DNA of 64,000 nucleotides, taken from contig JAFVWN010000060.1 in assembly GCA_017501645.1 (NCBI GenBank), forward strand, positions 13,048 through 77,047, given 5' to 3'. The position numbers were made by a program, and so were the translations under genes. Below the pieces are notes generated by a model. The model was not told where the DNA came from. It saw only the letters and a program-made list of their open reading frames with translations, and made no database searches. This DNA is from Clostridia bacterium (GTDB lineage Bacteria > Bacillota > Clostridia > Christensenellales > UBA1242). Numbering within the stretch: the first letter of the stretch is position 1; every line of letters begins with the position of its first letter. Positions 25,591 through 34,839 of this stretch are shown one piece after another.

Positions 25591-25635
25591 AAAATTACCC
25601 CCCCCCTTGCAACTTTTTACTTTAAATAATAATTT

Positions 25636-27639
25636 TTAATTTAAGGTTTTGAATGATAATTTATTAAAAAGTAGACTTTTTTCAAAAACCTCATCAGTGT
25701 TATATTCTTCTTTTAATTTTTCATAAATATCTTTTGCTTTGTTGAAAGTATTGAGAGAAATAAGCTCAAATATGTCTTCAGTCTTTCCGTGTTGGGTAGT
25801 CCCAAGAAGATTGCCACTTCCCCTGCTTTTGTAATCAAACTCAGCAATATCAAAACCGTTAAGATTTTCTTTGAAGAAAAGTATTCTATCTGCTGATTTT
25901 TCACTAATGTTTTGTGATAAACAGAAACAATATGCTTGTTGTCCAGCTCTTCCTACTCTACCTCTTAATTGGTGCATAGTTGCCAGTCCAAACTTTTCAG
26001 GGCTTACAATAACCATTATGTCGGCATTTTTAACATCTACACCAACCTCAATAATGGTGGTAGAAACTAAAATCTTATAGTCGCTATTTCTAAACAGGCT
26101 GAGAGTCTTGTTTTCAGTTTCGCCATCTTGTTTTCCGTGAGCCATAAGGACAATATCTTTTGAAAATCTTTTGCAAAGTTTGTCATACATTGATTTTACT
26201 GAAAGGCCTTGATAAAAATCGTCATCATTATCATCAATGTTTGCACAAACAACATATACTTTTGAGCCATCTTGAATTTTGTTTTCAATAAAGTTCCACA
26301 TATCATTCTCTTTTTGTGGAGATACAATGTTTGTTTGAATTTGCTTTTCTTTTGGAGGATTATTTAGCAAAGATACATCAAGCCCCCCATAATATACAAT
26401 TGACATACTTCGTGGAATTGGTGTTGCGCTAAGCATTAAAAAGTCTATCGTTGAATTTTTATCAAGGATTGCAGATCTTTGTTTAACTCCAAATCTATGT
26501 TGCTCATCAATAATTAAAAGACCAGTTCTAGACATATCTAAATCATCACTCAAGCACGAATGTGTACCTATCAAAAGTGTAGGTTCTAAACTATTAAAAA
26601 TAGAAACAATTTCTTTTCTTTCTTTTGCTTTTGTTGACGAAGATAAAAACAATACATTAAGTCCAAGTTGGTTAAAATAATTGGTCGCCTCTTGATAGTG
26701 TTGTTTTGCAAGAATTTCTGTCGGTGCTATTAACACTGCGTTATAACCACTCTTTACACATACTGCACAAGTAATTAATGCAACTATTGTTTTTCCAGTT
26801 CCTACATCACCTTGAACAAGCCTGTTCATAGGGCTTGAAGAGTAAAAATCTTTTTTAATATCGCTTAAAACTTCAAGTTGCGAATCTGTTAACTTGTATG
26901 GTAAAAAATCGCAAAATTTATTATAAATATCATCAAAATTTACATATTTTTGCTGTTTTTTGAGGTTTTTGTTATTTTTTAAGTCTTCACTAATTTTAAT
27001 ATAAGGCAAAATATTTTCTATATCAAGCCTTTCTTTTGCAGAGTGTAACTCTTCTAGGCTGTTTGGTGAATGGATGGTTTTAATGGCTTTTTTTAGGCTT
27101 AATGTGAATTGTTTTTCTTCAAAAAATTCAGGTAAATAAGTCGGTGTTTCTATCTCTTGAACAGCATCATTTATTATGCTAGAAAGTGTTGTTTGGCCAA
27201 GGCCTCCAAAAGTTCGATAGACAGGAAGCAGGTTTGTTCCTTCTTGAATTTTGTTGTGATTTCTAAAACTAGATACAACAAAATAGTTGTGTTTTGTGTT
27301 GCTATTTTTGCCATATAAATATAATTTATCGCCAGTCTTAATAGCGTTTTTAATGTATGGTTGATTATACCAAACGGCTTTAAAAGAGTTGTTTTCAATA
27401 TCTGTACATTCAGCATAAGAATAGTTGAAAGTTTTTTTTATTCTTACAAGTTTTACATCTCCTGTTACTTCACAGTTGATGAGTTTATACTTACCGTCTT
27501 CTTTAAAAGTCTCTTTGGAATTAAGGTCATAATAAGTCTTAGGGAAATACATTGCCAAATCTTCCCCAGAATTAATACCTTTATTTTTGAGAATTTGAAT
27601 TCTCTTTTCCCCTATTCCTTTTATATCTTTAAGTTCCAT
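25636..27639 (-). CDS. recG: ATP-dependent DNA helicase RecG
   Basis: Wedge domain N-terminus, GDVGTGKT Walker A, DEQHRFG, HQLRGRVGR. Confidence 0.95.
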   Translation of the reverse strand: MELKDIKGIGEKRIQILKNKGINSGEDLAMYFPKTYYDLNSKETFKEDGKYKLINCEVTGDVKLVRIKKTFNYSYAECTDIENNSFKAVWYNQPYIKNAIKTGDKLYLYGKNSNTKHNYFVVSSFRNHNKIQEGTNLLPVYRTFGGLGQTTLSSIINDAVQEIETPTYLPEFFEEKQFTLSLKKAIKTIHSPNSLEELHSAKERLDIENILPYIKISEDLKNNKNLKKQQKYVNFDDIYNKFCDFLPYKLTDSQLEVLSDIKKDFYSSSPMNRLVQGDVGTGKTIVALITCAVCVKSGYNAVLIAPTEILAKQHYQEATNYFNQLGLNVLFLSSSTKAKERKEIVSIFNSLEPTLLIGTHSCLSDDLDMSRTGLLIIDEQHRFGVKQRSAILDKNSTIDFLMLSATPIPRSMSIVYYGGLDVSLLNNPPKEKQIQTNIVSPQKENDMWNFIENKIQDGSKVYVVCANIDDNDDDFYQGLSVKSMYDKLCKRFSKDIVLMAHGKQDGETENKTLSLFRNSDYKILVSTTIIEVGVDVKNADIMVIVSPEKFGLATMHQLRGRVGRAGQQAYCFCLSQNISEKSADRILFFKENLNGFDIAEFDYKSRGSGNLLGTTQHGKTEDIFELISLNTFNKAKDIYEKLKEEYNTDEVFEKSLLFNKLSFKTLN

Positions 27640-27738
27640 ATTTGTATTATCTCATAAATGATTAAATTTATCAAATATATTTGTGTTTTAATTAAAAATT
27701 AAAAAAGAAAAGACTCTCAGGTTTGAGAGTCTTATATC

Positions 27739-29373
27739 TTATTCAATACTAATTAAGTAATAGTACAATGGTTGACCACCCTTATGGCAAGCAACCTCAA
27801 GATCAGGATACTTTTCAGCAAGTTTTTCAACTAGAGCGTCAGCCTCAGCCTCTTGAACATCAGTACCAGAGAACAATGTGATTGTTGAAGCGTCTTCTTT
27901 GAGAAGTTTCTCAACAGTAGCAATTGTTACATCTTGGAGCTCATTACCCTTAGCGATAATATGTTTTTCGTTAAGACCAATGAAGTCACCTTCTTTAAGT
28001 TTGAAGCCATCAATAGAAGTTGCTCTTACTGCGTATGTTACAGAACCGCTTGTTACAGTACCAATAGCTGCAATAAGGTTTGCTTTATTATCTTCTACAC
28101 TAGCTTCTGGGTCAATATTGATTGCAGCAGTAATACCTTGAGGAACAGAGTGTGTTGGAACAACAACAATGTTTCTTCTTGAAAGGTCATTAGCAAGTTC
28201 AGCAGCAAGAACAATATTTTTGTTGTTTGGAAGTACAAATACTGTTTCAGCAGGAACTTTGTCACAAGCTTTTGCAATATCTTCTGCACTAGGGTTCATA
28301 GTTTGACCACCCTCGATAACATAGTCAACATTGAGGTCTCTAAATAGGTCTGCAAGGCCTTGACCTGCACAAATTGAAACAACACCAATAGGTTTAAGTT
28401 GCTCTGGTTCGTTTTGGATTTTAAGAGCTCTGTTTTGCTCAAGCATATTTTCAATCTTAACACCGTTAATTTCGCCAAGTTTTAATGCGTGAGTTAAAGC
28501 AACGCCAGGTTCGTTAGTGTGAACATGGACTTTGATTAGGTTTAAGTCTCCAATACAAATTACGCTGTCGCCAAGCCCCATAAGTTGTTCACGAAGTTTG
28601 TCGATATCAGCTTCCGTAGTTTTCTTATTAATATTAATAACAAAAAATTCTGTACAATAAGCAAATTCAATATCAGCAAGGTCATTATAGTCAACTGTTG
28701 GCATATCTGTGCTATCAGTTGGAACAGTGTCATCAAACTCAAAACTGAGTTCACTTTCATCACCCATTACAACTTTTAAGAAACCGCTAAGTACAACCAA
28801 AAGACCTCTACCACCGGCGTCCACAACGCCAGCTTTTTTAAGAACAGGAAGCATTTCAGGAGTCATCTTTAAGATTTCCTCACCTGCTTGAATAGTGTCT
28901 TTCAAGAAGTCTTCCATTTCACTAGTCTTTTTAGCAATTTTAAGTGATTCTTCAGCCATAACTCTTATAACTGTGAGGATTGTACCCTCTTTAGGTTTAG
29001 TTACAGCTTTATAAGCAACATCGGCACCTTCTTTAAGAGCTTTAGCAAAAAGCTTAGTGTTGATTTCTTTTTCATCAACTAAAACAGATGAAAAACCTTT
29101 TAAAATCTGTGACAAAATAACACCAGAGTTTCCTCTCGCACCTTTTAAAGCACCTTTACTTACAGCGTCAGCAATGTCTTCAAGGTTATTTGTTGTAATC
29201 ATATTAACCTCTTTGACAACCGAACGCATAGTCATTGACATATTTGTACCGGTATCACCGTCTGGAACCGGGAATACATTGAGTGAGTCAACATATTCTT
29301 TATTATTCTCTAAATAATTGGCGCCCGAAATAACCATTTTTCTAAACTGAGCACCTGTTACAATTTTACCCAT
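27739..29373 (-). CDS. yloV: DAK2 domain fusion protein YloV
   Basis: N-terminal LNVFPVPDGDTGTNM Dak2 motif. 544 aa. Position between asp23/yloU and recG. Confidence 0.9.
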   Translation of the reverse strand: MGKIVTGAQFRKMVISGANYLENNKEYVDSLNVFPVPDGDTGTNMSMTMRSVVKEVNMITTNNLEDIADAVSKGALKGARGNSGVILSQILKGFSSVLVDEKEINTKLFAKALKEGADVAYKAVTKPKEGTILTVIRVMAEESLKIAKKTSEMEDFLKDTIQAGEEILKMTPEMLPVLKKAGVVDAGGRGLLVVLSGFLKVVMGDESELSFEFDDTVPTDSTDMPTVDYNDLADIEFAYCTEFFVININKKTTEADIDKLREQLMGLGDSVICIGDLNLIKVHVHTNEPGVALTHALKLGEINGVKIENMLEQNRALKIQNEPEQLKPIGVVSICAGQGLADLFRDLNVDYVIEGGQTMNPSAEDIAKACDKVPAETVFVLPNNKNIVLAAELANDLSRRNIVVVPTHSVPQGITAAINIDPEASVEDNKANLIAAIGTVTSGSVTYAVRATSIDGFKLKEGDFIGLNEKHIIAKGNELQDVTIATVEKLLKEDASTITLFSGTDVQEAEADALVEKLAEKYPDLEVACHKGGQPLYYYLISIE

Positions 29374-29405
29374 TTTTCCCCCGAATATATTAAAGTAGGT
29401 TTATG

Positions 29406-29756
29406 TTATACTCTAACACCTACAACATTTATGTTGATTGAGTCTACAATCATGCCTGTAAACTGTTCAACATTATATTTTACTGATCTTCTTACAGACT
29501 CAGCAACGGCACTAATACTTACGCCGTATTTTAATATTATGTCAAGGTCGATGTGTATGCGGTCACCAATAGTTAGGATTTTTATACCTCTACTTTTGCG
29601 TTGCTTGTTAACCATTTCTCTAAAAGAGTCGCCGAATTTACGAGCAACTAAATCAACTACTCCATAACATTCCAAAGCGGTATGACCAACCACTTGAGCA
29701 ATAGACTCGTCAGTTACAGAAATTTTCCCATATGAATTTATGGTATTTACAGACAT
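29406..29756 (-). CDS. Asp23/Gls24 family envelope stress protein (YloU-like)
   Basis: 116 aa with the Asp23-type sequence. Divergent from rpmB, as in Bacillus. Confidence 0.85.
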   Translation of the reverse strand: MSVNTINSYGKISVTDESIAQVVGHTALECYGVVDLVARKFGDSFREMVNKQRKSRGIKILTIGDRIHIDLDIILKYGVSISAVAESVRRSVKYNVEQFTGMIVDSININVVGVRV

Positions 29757-29837
29757 TGTTTACTTTCCTTTTTTATTTTTTTTGGTGTCAAAAAGTAAGA
29801 CTCTTACTCCTTATACCTTATATAGTTTACTATATAT

Positions 29838-29866
29838 TTGACTGTTTTGCAAGTTTTTTTTATAAT
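29838..29866 (+). promoter_or_regulatory. candidate rpmB promoter
   Basis: TTGACT (29838-29843), 17 nt, TATAAT (29861-29866). A second TTGCAA-17-TATTAT lies about 70 nt downstream. Confidence 0.55.
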
Positions 29867-29979
29867 CAGTGCTAAAAAAATACACTTTTTATATACAAAA
29901 TAACTGGAATTACTTGCAATTATTTTTCGTTTGTGCTATTATAACTGCGTTAGTTAAGTACTATTGGAGGGAAAATACA

Positions 29980-30165
29980 ATGAGTAGAGTATGTAGTGTA
30001 TGCGGAAAAGGCAAAATGACTGGTAACACAGTAAGCCATTCTAATATAAAGACAAAAAGAGTAACAGCTCCAAATCTTCAAAAAGTTGAAATCGAAGAAA
30101 ATGGTAAGGTTACAAGAGCATATATGTGCACTAAGTGTATGAAAGGTTCTAAGAAAGACAAATAA
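29980..30165 (+). CDS. rpmB: 50S ribosomal protein L28
   Basis: 61 aa, [36 protein letters not shown]. The ORF-track upstream extension is spurious. Confidence 0.93.
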   Translation: MSRVCSVCGKGKMTGNTVSHSNIKTKRVTAPNLQKVEIEENGKVTRAYMCTKCMKGSKKDK

Positions 30166-30206
30166 TTAGGGCGTAATTTACGCATCTATCTTTGTTAATA
30201 AAAAAC

Positions 30207-30760
30207 ATCTCAAACAGTCATTTATGTAAATAAACTCCTGCTTGGGATTTTTTTATTGCCTCGATATATACGCAAATTCCACCCTAATTAACCAAAAAGA
30301 AAAGTATGGTTGATTAATAAGAGAACGAAACAGTCATTTATGTAGTATTCTCCTGCTTCGATTCTCTCTTTTTTCTTTCTTAAATAGTCAAACTTCGCCC
30401 TAATTGACTTAGCAAAATATGTGAGAACTATTAAATAATAAAATATCTCAAACAGTCATTTATGTAAATAAACTCCTGCTTGAGATTTTTTTATTGCCTC
30501 GATATATACGCAAATTCCACCCTAATTAACCAAAAAGAAAAGTATGGTTGATTAATAAGAGAACGAAACAGTCATTTATGTAGTATTCTCCTGCTTCGGT
30601 TCTCTCTTTTTTCTTTCTTAAATAGTCAAACTTCGCCCTAATTGACTTGGCAAAATATGTAAGAACTATTGAATAATAAAATATCCCAAACAGCAATTTG
30701 TGTAATATTCTCGCCTGCTTGGGATTTTTTTATTGTCACGATATATAGGCAAGTACCCTA
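30207..30760 (+). repeat. 238-bp tandem repeat (about 2.3 copies) comprising five related hairpin plus T-run modules
   Basis: Unit starts at 30207, 30445 and 30683. Copies 1 and 2 are near-identical and copy 3 has diverged. Each unit contains an A-type and a B-type hairpin sharing the ACAGTCATTTATGTA..CTCCTGCTT core. Confidence 0.9.
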
Positions 30761-30830
30761 GTTTACTTTGTAAAAGATATATTAGTAAAAAGCCCAAACG
30801 GTTCAAGAGTACAGTTTGGACTTTTTTATT

Positions 30831-30929
30831 TTATTTAGATTCTAAAGATTCTTCTTTCTTTGCTTTTTTGATAAACATTTTTAAAAATGCACCTAAAAAT
30901 CTTGGTGCTTTAATAGCTATTATTGTCAT
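30831..30929 (-). CDS. spoVM: stage V sporulation protein M-like micro-protein (32 aa)
   Basis: Not in the ORF track (<60 aa). RBS GGGGGTG. MTIIAIKAPRFLGAFLKMFIKKAKKEESLESK resembles B. subtilis SpoVM (..IKLPKFLGGIV..). Sits next to rpmB, as in Bacillus. Confidence 0.7.
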   Translation of the reverse strand: MTIIAIKAPRFLGAFLKMFIKKAKKEESLESK

Positions 30930-31018
30930 AAACACCCCCTACTCTTTCTGTTTTATTGTATGAAAGGGATAATTTTTGTGTGAAAAAAACACAATCATCA
31001 AGATTGCGTCTTTTATGT

Positions 31019-31534
31019 TTATTCAAAACAACTTTTGTCAATATCAAAACCAATTGGAGAACAACTAGGAACTAACGGAAATGGCAAATCGTTGCTTGGC
31101 TTAACTTTAAAAGCTAGGCTTATAAAAGCGGTTATATTAACCCCGCTTGTAACACAAATAACAGTGTCTTTATCATCATATTTATATACAATGTCTTTAA
31201 GGGCTTCCCTTATTCGTAATTGACAGTCAAGCCAAGATTCCTTATTACTATCACCCTTTTGACCTTTGACCGCTTCAAAAACATTATTAAATTCATTAAA
31301 ACGGGAGTCTTCATATATTGGAAGATTTAAGAGTTTATTTATTATGGTAGCCGTCTTTTTACATCTGTAATATGGAGATGTATAAATTGCCTTTAAGTTT
31401 GAATAGCTAGACATCATATTAAGAAGTTCGGCTGTGATTTCAGCATCTTTTACTCCCAGTGGTTGAATGTCATCATTTTGACTAGGAGGGTTGTTTTTTT
31501 GTCTTAAAGCGTGGTGCACATAAATAATTCTCAT
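31019..31534 (-). CDS. histidine phosphatase superfamily protein (variant HH in place of RH)
   Basis: 171 aa. IIYVHHA N-terminus and the TSPYYRCKKTA motif resemble phosphoglycerate-mutase-like phosphatases. Confidence 0.55.
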   Translation of the reverse strand: MRIIYVHHALRQKNNPPSQNDDIQPLGVKDAEITAELLNMMSSYSNLKAIYTSPYYRCKKTATIINKLLNLPIYEDSRFNEFNNVFEAVKGQKGDSNKESWLDCQLRIREALKDIVYKYDDKDTVICVTSGVNITAFISLAFKVKPSNDLPFPLVPSCSPIGFDIDKSCFE

Positions 31535-31546
31535 ATATAAATTCCC

Positions 31547-31993
31547 TTAAAATGACTTTATATCATCACGAACAGATTCACCGTTTCTTGTGTAATCCTC
31601 GTAAAAAGCAGAAGCTATTTCAGGAGGCATAAGCGGAAGTTTTGGAATGTCTAAAATATTTATCCAAGTTGGCTTATAGAGTCCGTTCTTGTTGTTTTTA
31701 TCAAACTCTTCACCATTACCCGTTCCAAACTCTCCACTTATCCATTCGCAGAGATAAAAAGACTCAATATTTATTTTATTTTCGTATGTATACACTTTTT
31801 TTATGGGCTTAACAGTAATACCAAACTCTTCATAGACCTCCCTGATAACACCTTGAGTTTCAGTTTCTTCCCCTTCTAGACCGCCACCAGGAAAAGTGTA
31901 GTAAATTTCACCATCTCTTTCTCTGTACATAGAAGCAAGTTTGTTGTTATTTATTATAATACCTCTCACTCTTGCTCTTTTGTTTTCGCTCAT
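31547..31993 (-). CDS. NUDIX hydrolase
   Basis: Nudix box GGGLEGEETETQGVIREVYEEFGI. Confidence 0.85.
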   Translation of the reverse strand: MSENKRARVRGIIINNNKLASMYRERDGEIYYTFPGGGLEGEETETQGVIREVYEEFGITVKPIKKVYTYENKINIESFYLCEWISGEFGTGNGEEFDKNNKNGLYKPTWINILDIPKLPLMPPEIASAFYEDYTRNGESVRDDIKSF

Positions 31994-32022
31994 AGAAAAT
32001 CTCCTATTTAAATCAATAATAG

Positions 32023-32718
32023 TTAGTTATGTTTCTTGAAAAATTTAGCAATTTGTTCACCGTAATCGTTACCTTTTAAGGCTCTTACAGTTTTTCTCAT
32101 ATTCTTGGCGTTAAATATAGTTGAACTGCTAACCAAAATATCAGCACCAACTTTTCTTAATAGCTTAGAATTTTTAACATTAACGCCACCATCAATTTCA
32201 ATGTAAACATTTCTGTTTAACTCGTGAATTTCAGCAACTTTTTCAGCAGAACCAGGGATAAATGTTTGACCATAGTTTCCAGGTTCTACACCCATTACAA
32301 GTACAACATCTGCAAGTCCAGATTCTACAATATCTTTAATTTTATAGGCAGGAGTTTTGGGGTTTATTGCAATACCTGCTAAAATATTCTTGTCTTTAAT
32401 CTTTTTAAGAAGTGCTTTTGCATCTTTTGTTGCCTCATAATGGAAAGAAATGATGTCTGCACCTGCTTTAATATAGTCACCAACAACACTCTCTGGATTT
32501 TCAACCATCAAGTGTACATCAAGCATAAGACAGGTGTGAGCCTTTACAAAGTTGACAAGATTGTGGTCAAAAGTTTTTCTTTCAACAAACTTGCCGTCCA
32601 TTACATCAAAGTGGATAAAGTTTGCTCTTGCATTCTCAACATCTTCAACGGCTTTGATTAAAGCTTCTTTATTGTTATAGTCTATACAAAGTATAGAGGC
32701 TGATACTCTTTTAAACAT
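32023..32718 (-). CDS. rpe: ribulose-phosphate 3-epimerase
   Basis: SILCIDY.., HFDVMDG.FV, DVHLMV, and VMGVEPG..GQ.F motifs. Confidence 0.92.
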   Translation of the reverse strand: MFKRVSASILCIDYNNKEALIKAVEDVENARANFIHFDVMDGKFVERKTFDHNLVNFVKAHTCLMLDVHLMVENPESVVGDYIKAGADIISFHYEATKDAKALLKKIKDKNILAGIAINPKTPAYKIKDIVESGLADVVLVMGVEPGNYGQTFIPGSAEKVAEIHELNRNVYIEIDGGVNVKNSKLLRKVGADILVSSSTIFNAKNMRKTVRALKGNDYGEQIAKFFKKHN

Positions 32719-32780
32719 AATGATAATTTCCTTTCGTTTTTTTAATTATTTCACACAAAAAATAGTGTTGTCAAATAAAT

Positions 32781-33830
32781 TTATTGATTTTCAGTTTCTT
32801 CTTTTAATACTCTTCTTCTAAGTTGACCACAAGCACCATCAATATCTGCACCCAAAGTTCTTCTAGTTGTTGCAGAGATACCTGCGCTTTTTAGCCCTTC
32901 AAAAAACTCAGTGACTTTTTCCTTGTTTGCTGGAACTAAAGGGCTTGTAGGCGTTCTATTGATTGGAATCATATTGATATGAGTCATAACACCTTTAGTT
33001 AAAGAGGCTATTCTTCTTGCGTCATCTTTGCTTACATTTCCTCTTGAGAGTATGTATTCAAAAACTATCCTTCTTTTTGTTTTCTTATAATAATATTGAA
33101 TAGACTCAATTAAGTCAGCAAGACTATATGCGCTAGCAATATTCATAATTTTTCTTCTGTTTTCATCAGTTGTTGCGTGAAGAGAAATGGTAAGAGTTAT
33201 GCCTAAGTCTTCGTCTGCAAGTTTTCTAATTTTAGGGGCAATTCCGCAAGTTGAAAGGCTGATATTTCTTTGGCTTATATTTATTCCTTCATTTGAAGAA
33301 ATAAGCTTTATAAATTTAACAACATTGTCATAGTTATCTAGTGGTTCACCGCTACCCATAAGAACAATATTTGTTATCTTGCGGTCTTCTTTAAGTCCGC
33401 CACCTAAATATTTATTAACGGCTAAAACCTCGCCCATCATTTCACCGGCAGATAAATCTCTAAGCTTTCCGTCAATGCCAGAAGCACAGAAAACACAACC
33501 CATTCTGCAACCAACTTGTGTAGAAATACAAATAGTGTTTCCGTACTTGTATTTCATAAGTACGCCTTCTACAATATTGTCATCAGCAAGCTTAAAAAGG
33601 AACTTAATTGTGCCGTCTTTACTGATAAACTCTTTATAAATAGTTACAGGGGTGGCGGTAAATTCTTTTGCAAGTTCTTCCCTCAACTCTTTAGGGAGAT
33701 TGCTCATATCTTCAATAGGTGTATAGTTTGCTGCAAAAGAAAATATCTGTTCAGCACGAAAACGCTTAACAGTTCTTGCATCCATTTCTGCTTTCAGTTC
33801 ATTTAATGTGTATTCTTGAAGTATTTTCAT
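32781..33830 (-). CDS. rlmN: 23S rRNA/tRNA (adenine-C2)-methyltransferase RlmN (radical SAM)
   Basis: FRAEQIF N-terminus, GCRMGCVFCASG radical SAM cluster motif, and GACGQL near the C-terminus. Confidence 0.93.
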   Translation of the reverse strand: MKILQEYTLNELKAEMDARTVKRFRAEQIFSFAANYTPIEDMSNLPKELREELAKEFTATPVTIYKEFISKDGTIKFLFKLADDNIVEGVLMKYKYGNTICISTQVGCRMGCVFCASGIDGKLRDLSAGEMMGEVLAVNKYLGGGLKEDRKITNIVLMGSGEPLDNYDNVVKFIKLISSNEGINISQRNISLSTCGIAPKIRKLADEDLGITLTISLHATTDENRRKIMNIASAYSLADLIESIQYYYKKTKRRIVFEYILSRGNVSKDDARRIASLTKGVMTHINMIPINRTPTSPLVPANKEKVTEFFEGLKSAGISATTRRTLGADIDGACGQLRRRVLKEETENQ

Positions 33831-33835
33831 AATTT

Positions 33836-34798
33836 TTAATCCATATTTGAAGGAAATACAATAGGTTCAAATCTCATACCAATTGCAAATTTCCTTCCTC
33901 CAAAAAGTTGTTTTGCAGGAATTACTTTTCCGCCTGGGAACTGTGCTTCAACAATCTCAAGTACGCCTTGACCACATTTTACAAAAACACCAAGTTTAGC
34001 ACTACTTGGAGCAATGATTGTTCCCGGATTTGTTTCTTCTGTTTCAATGTTTGCAATCTTAGCTCTAAAGATTTTTACTTGTGTATCATTAAGAATCGTT
34101 CTTGCGATTGGGTCAGGGTTTGCACCGTGTACTAGACACTTGATTTGTTTTGCAGACTTGTTCCAATTGATAATACATTCGTCCTTGTTTATCTTTTTAG
34201 TTATAGTTGCATCTGCGTGTTGTTGTTTTGCTCTAGTAACAGTTCCGTCTTCAATTTTATCAAGAGTTTCAAGGAGTAAATCACTACCAAGAACTGCAAG
34301 TCTTTGCATAAGTTCTCCAGAAGTTTCATTCTCTCCTATTTTTGTTTTAATAACGCTCAAAATGTCGCCTGTGTCAAGACCTGCTTCAGTTTGCATAATT
34401 GTAATACCTGTTTCTTCATCTCCGTTAAGAACAGCAGTTTGAACAGGAGAAGCACCTCTGTATTTTGGAAGCACAGAGCCGTGAACATTGATAATGCCAA
34501 ATTTAGGAATATCAATAATTGCTTGGCTTAAAATTTGACCATAGGCAGCGGTTATCATTAAGTCTGGTTGAAGCGATTTTAATTCTTCAAGGCCGTCTCT
34601 AGAGATTTTTTCGTATTGAAGAACCTTAATTTTGTTTTTTAGAGCATACTCTTTTACTGGAGAAGGTGTAAGCTTGTTACCTCTTCCAGAAGGTTTATCC
34701 ATTTGAGTTACAACAGCAATAACTTCGTGTCTTGATGCAATAAGCTTTTCAAGACTAGGTATTGCAAATTCAGGTGTTCCTAAGAATATAATTTTCAT
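33836..34798 (-). CDS. fmt: methionyl-tRNA formyltransferase
   Basis: MKIIFLGTPEFA..., NVHGS.LP.YRGASP motif. Start at the ATG after RBS AAGGAGA. The ORF-track 34843 start lacks an RBS. Confidence 0.93.
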   Translation of the reverse strand: MKIIFLGTPEFAIPSLEKLIASRHEVIAVVTQMDKPSGRGNKLTPSPVKEYALKNKIKVLQYEKISRDGLEELKSLQPDLMITAAYGQILSQAIIDIPKFGIINVHGSVLPKYRGASPVQTAVLNGDEETGITIMQTEAGLDTGDILSVIKTKIGENETSGELMQRLAVLGSDLLLETLDKIEDGTVTRAKQQHADATITKKINKDECIINWNKSAKQIKCLVHGANPDPIARTILNDTQVKIFRAKIANIETEETNPGTIIAPSSAKLGVFVKCGQGVLEIVEAQFPGGKVIPAKQLFGGRKFAIGMRFEPIVFPSNMD

Positions 34799-34839
34799 AT
34801 TGTCTCCTTTTTTGTTGTTGACTTTTTTAATTAAATGGT

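Noticed and set aside
15783-25635. Is the accessory patch a prophage or integrative element?
   Set aside because: I could not find any integrase, recombinase, terminase, capsid/tail or replication gene, nor matching att direct repeats. Only a tRNA-fragment scar hints at past integration.
30207-30760. Could the repeats downstream of rpmB be a CRISPR array?
   Set aside because: - The period is 238 bp, and the supposed spacers are themselves repeated.
- There is no alternation of 25-40 bp repeats with unique spacers.
- No cas genes lie in the window.
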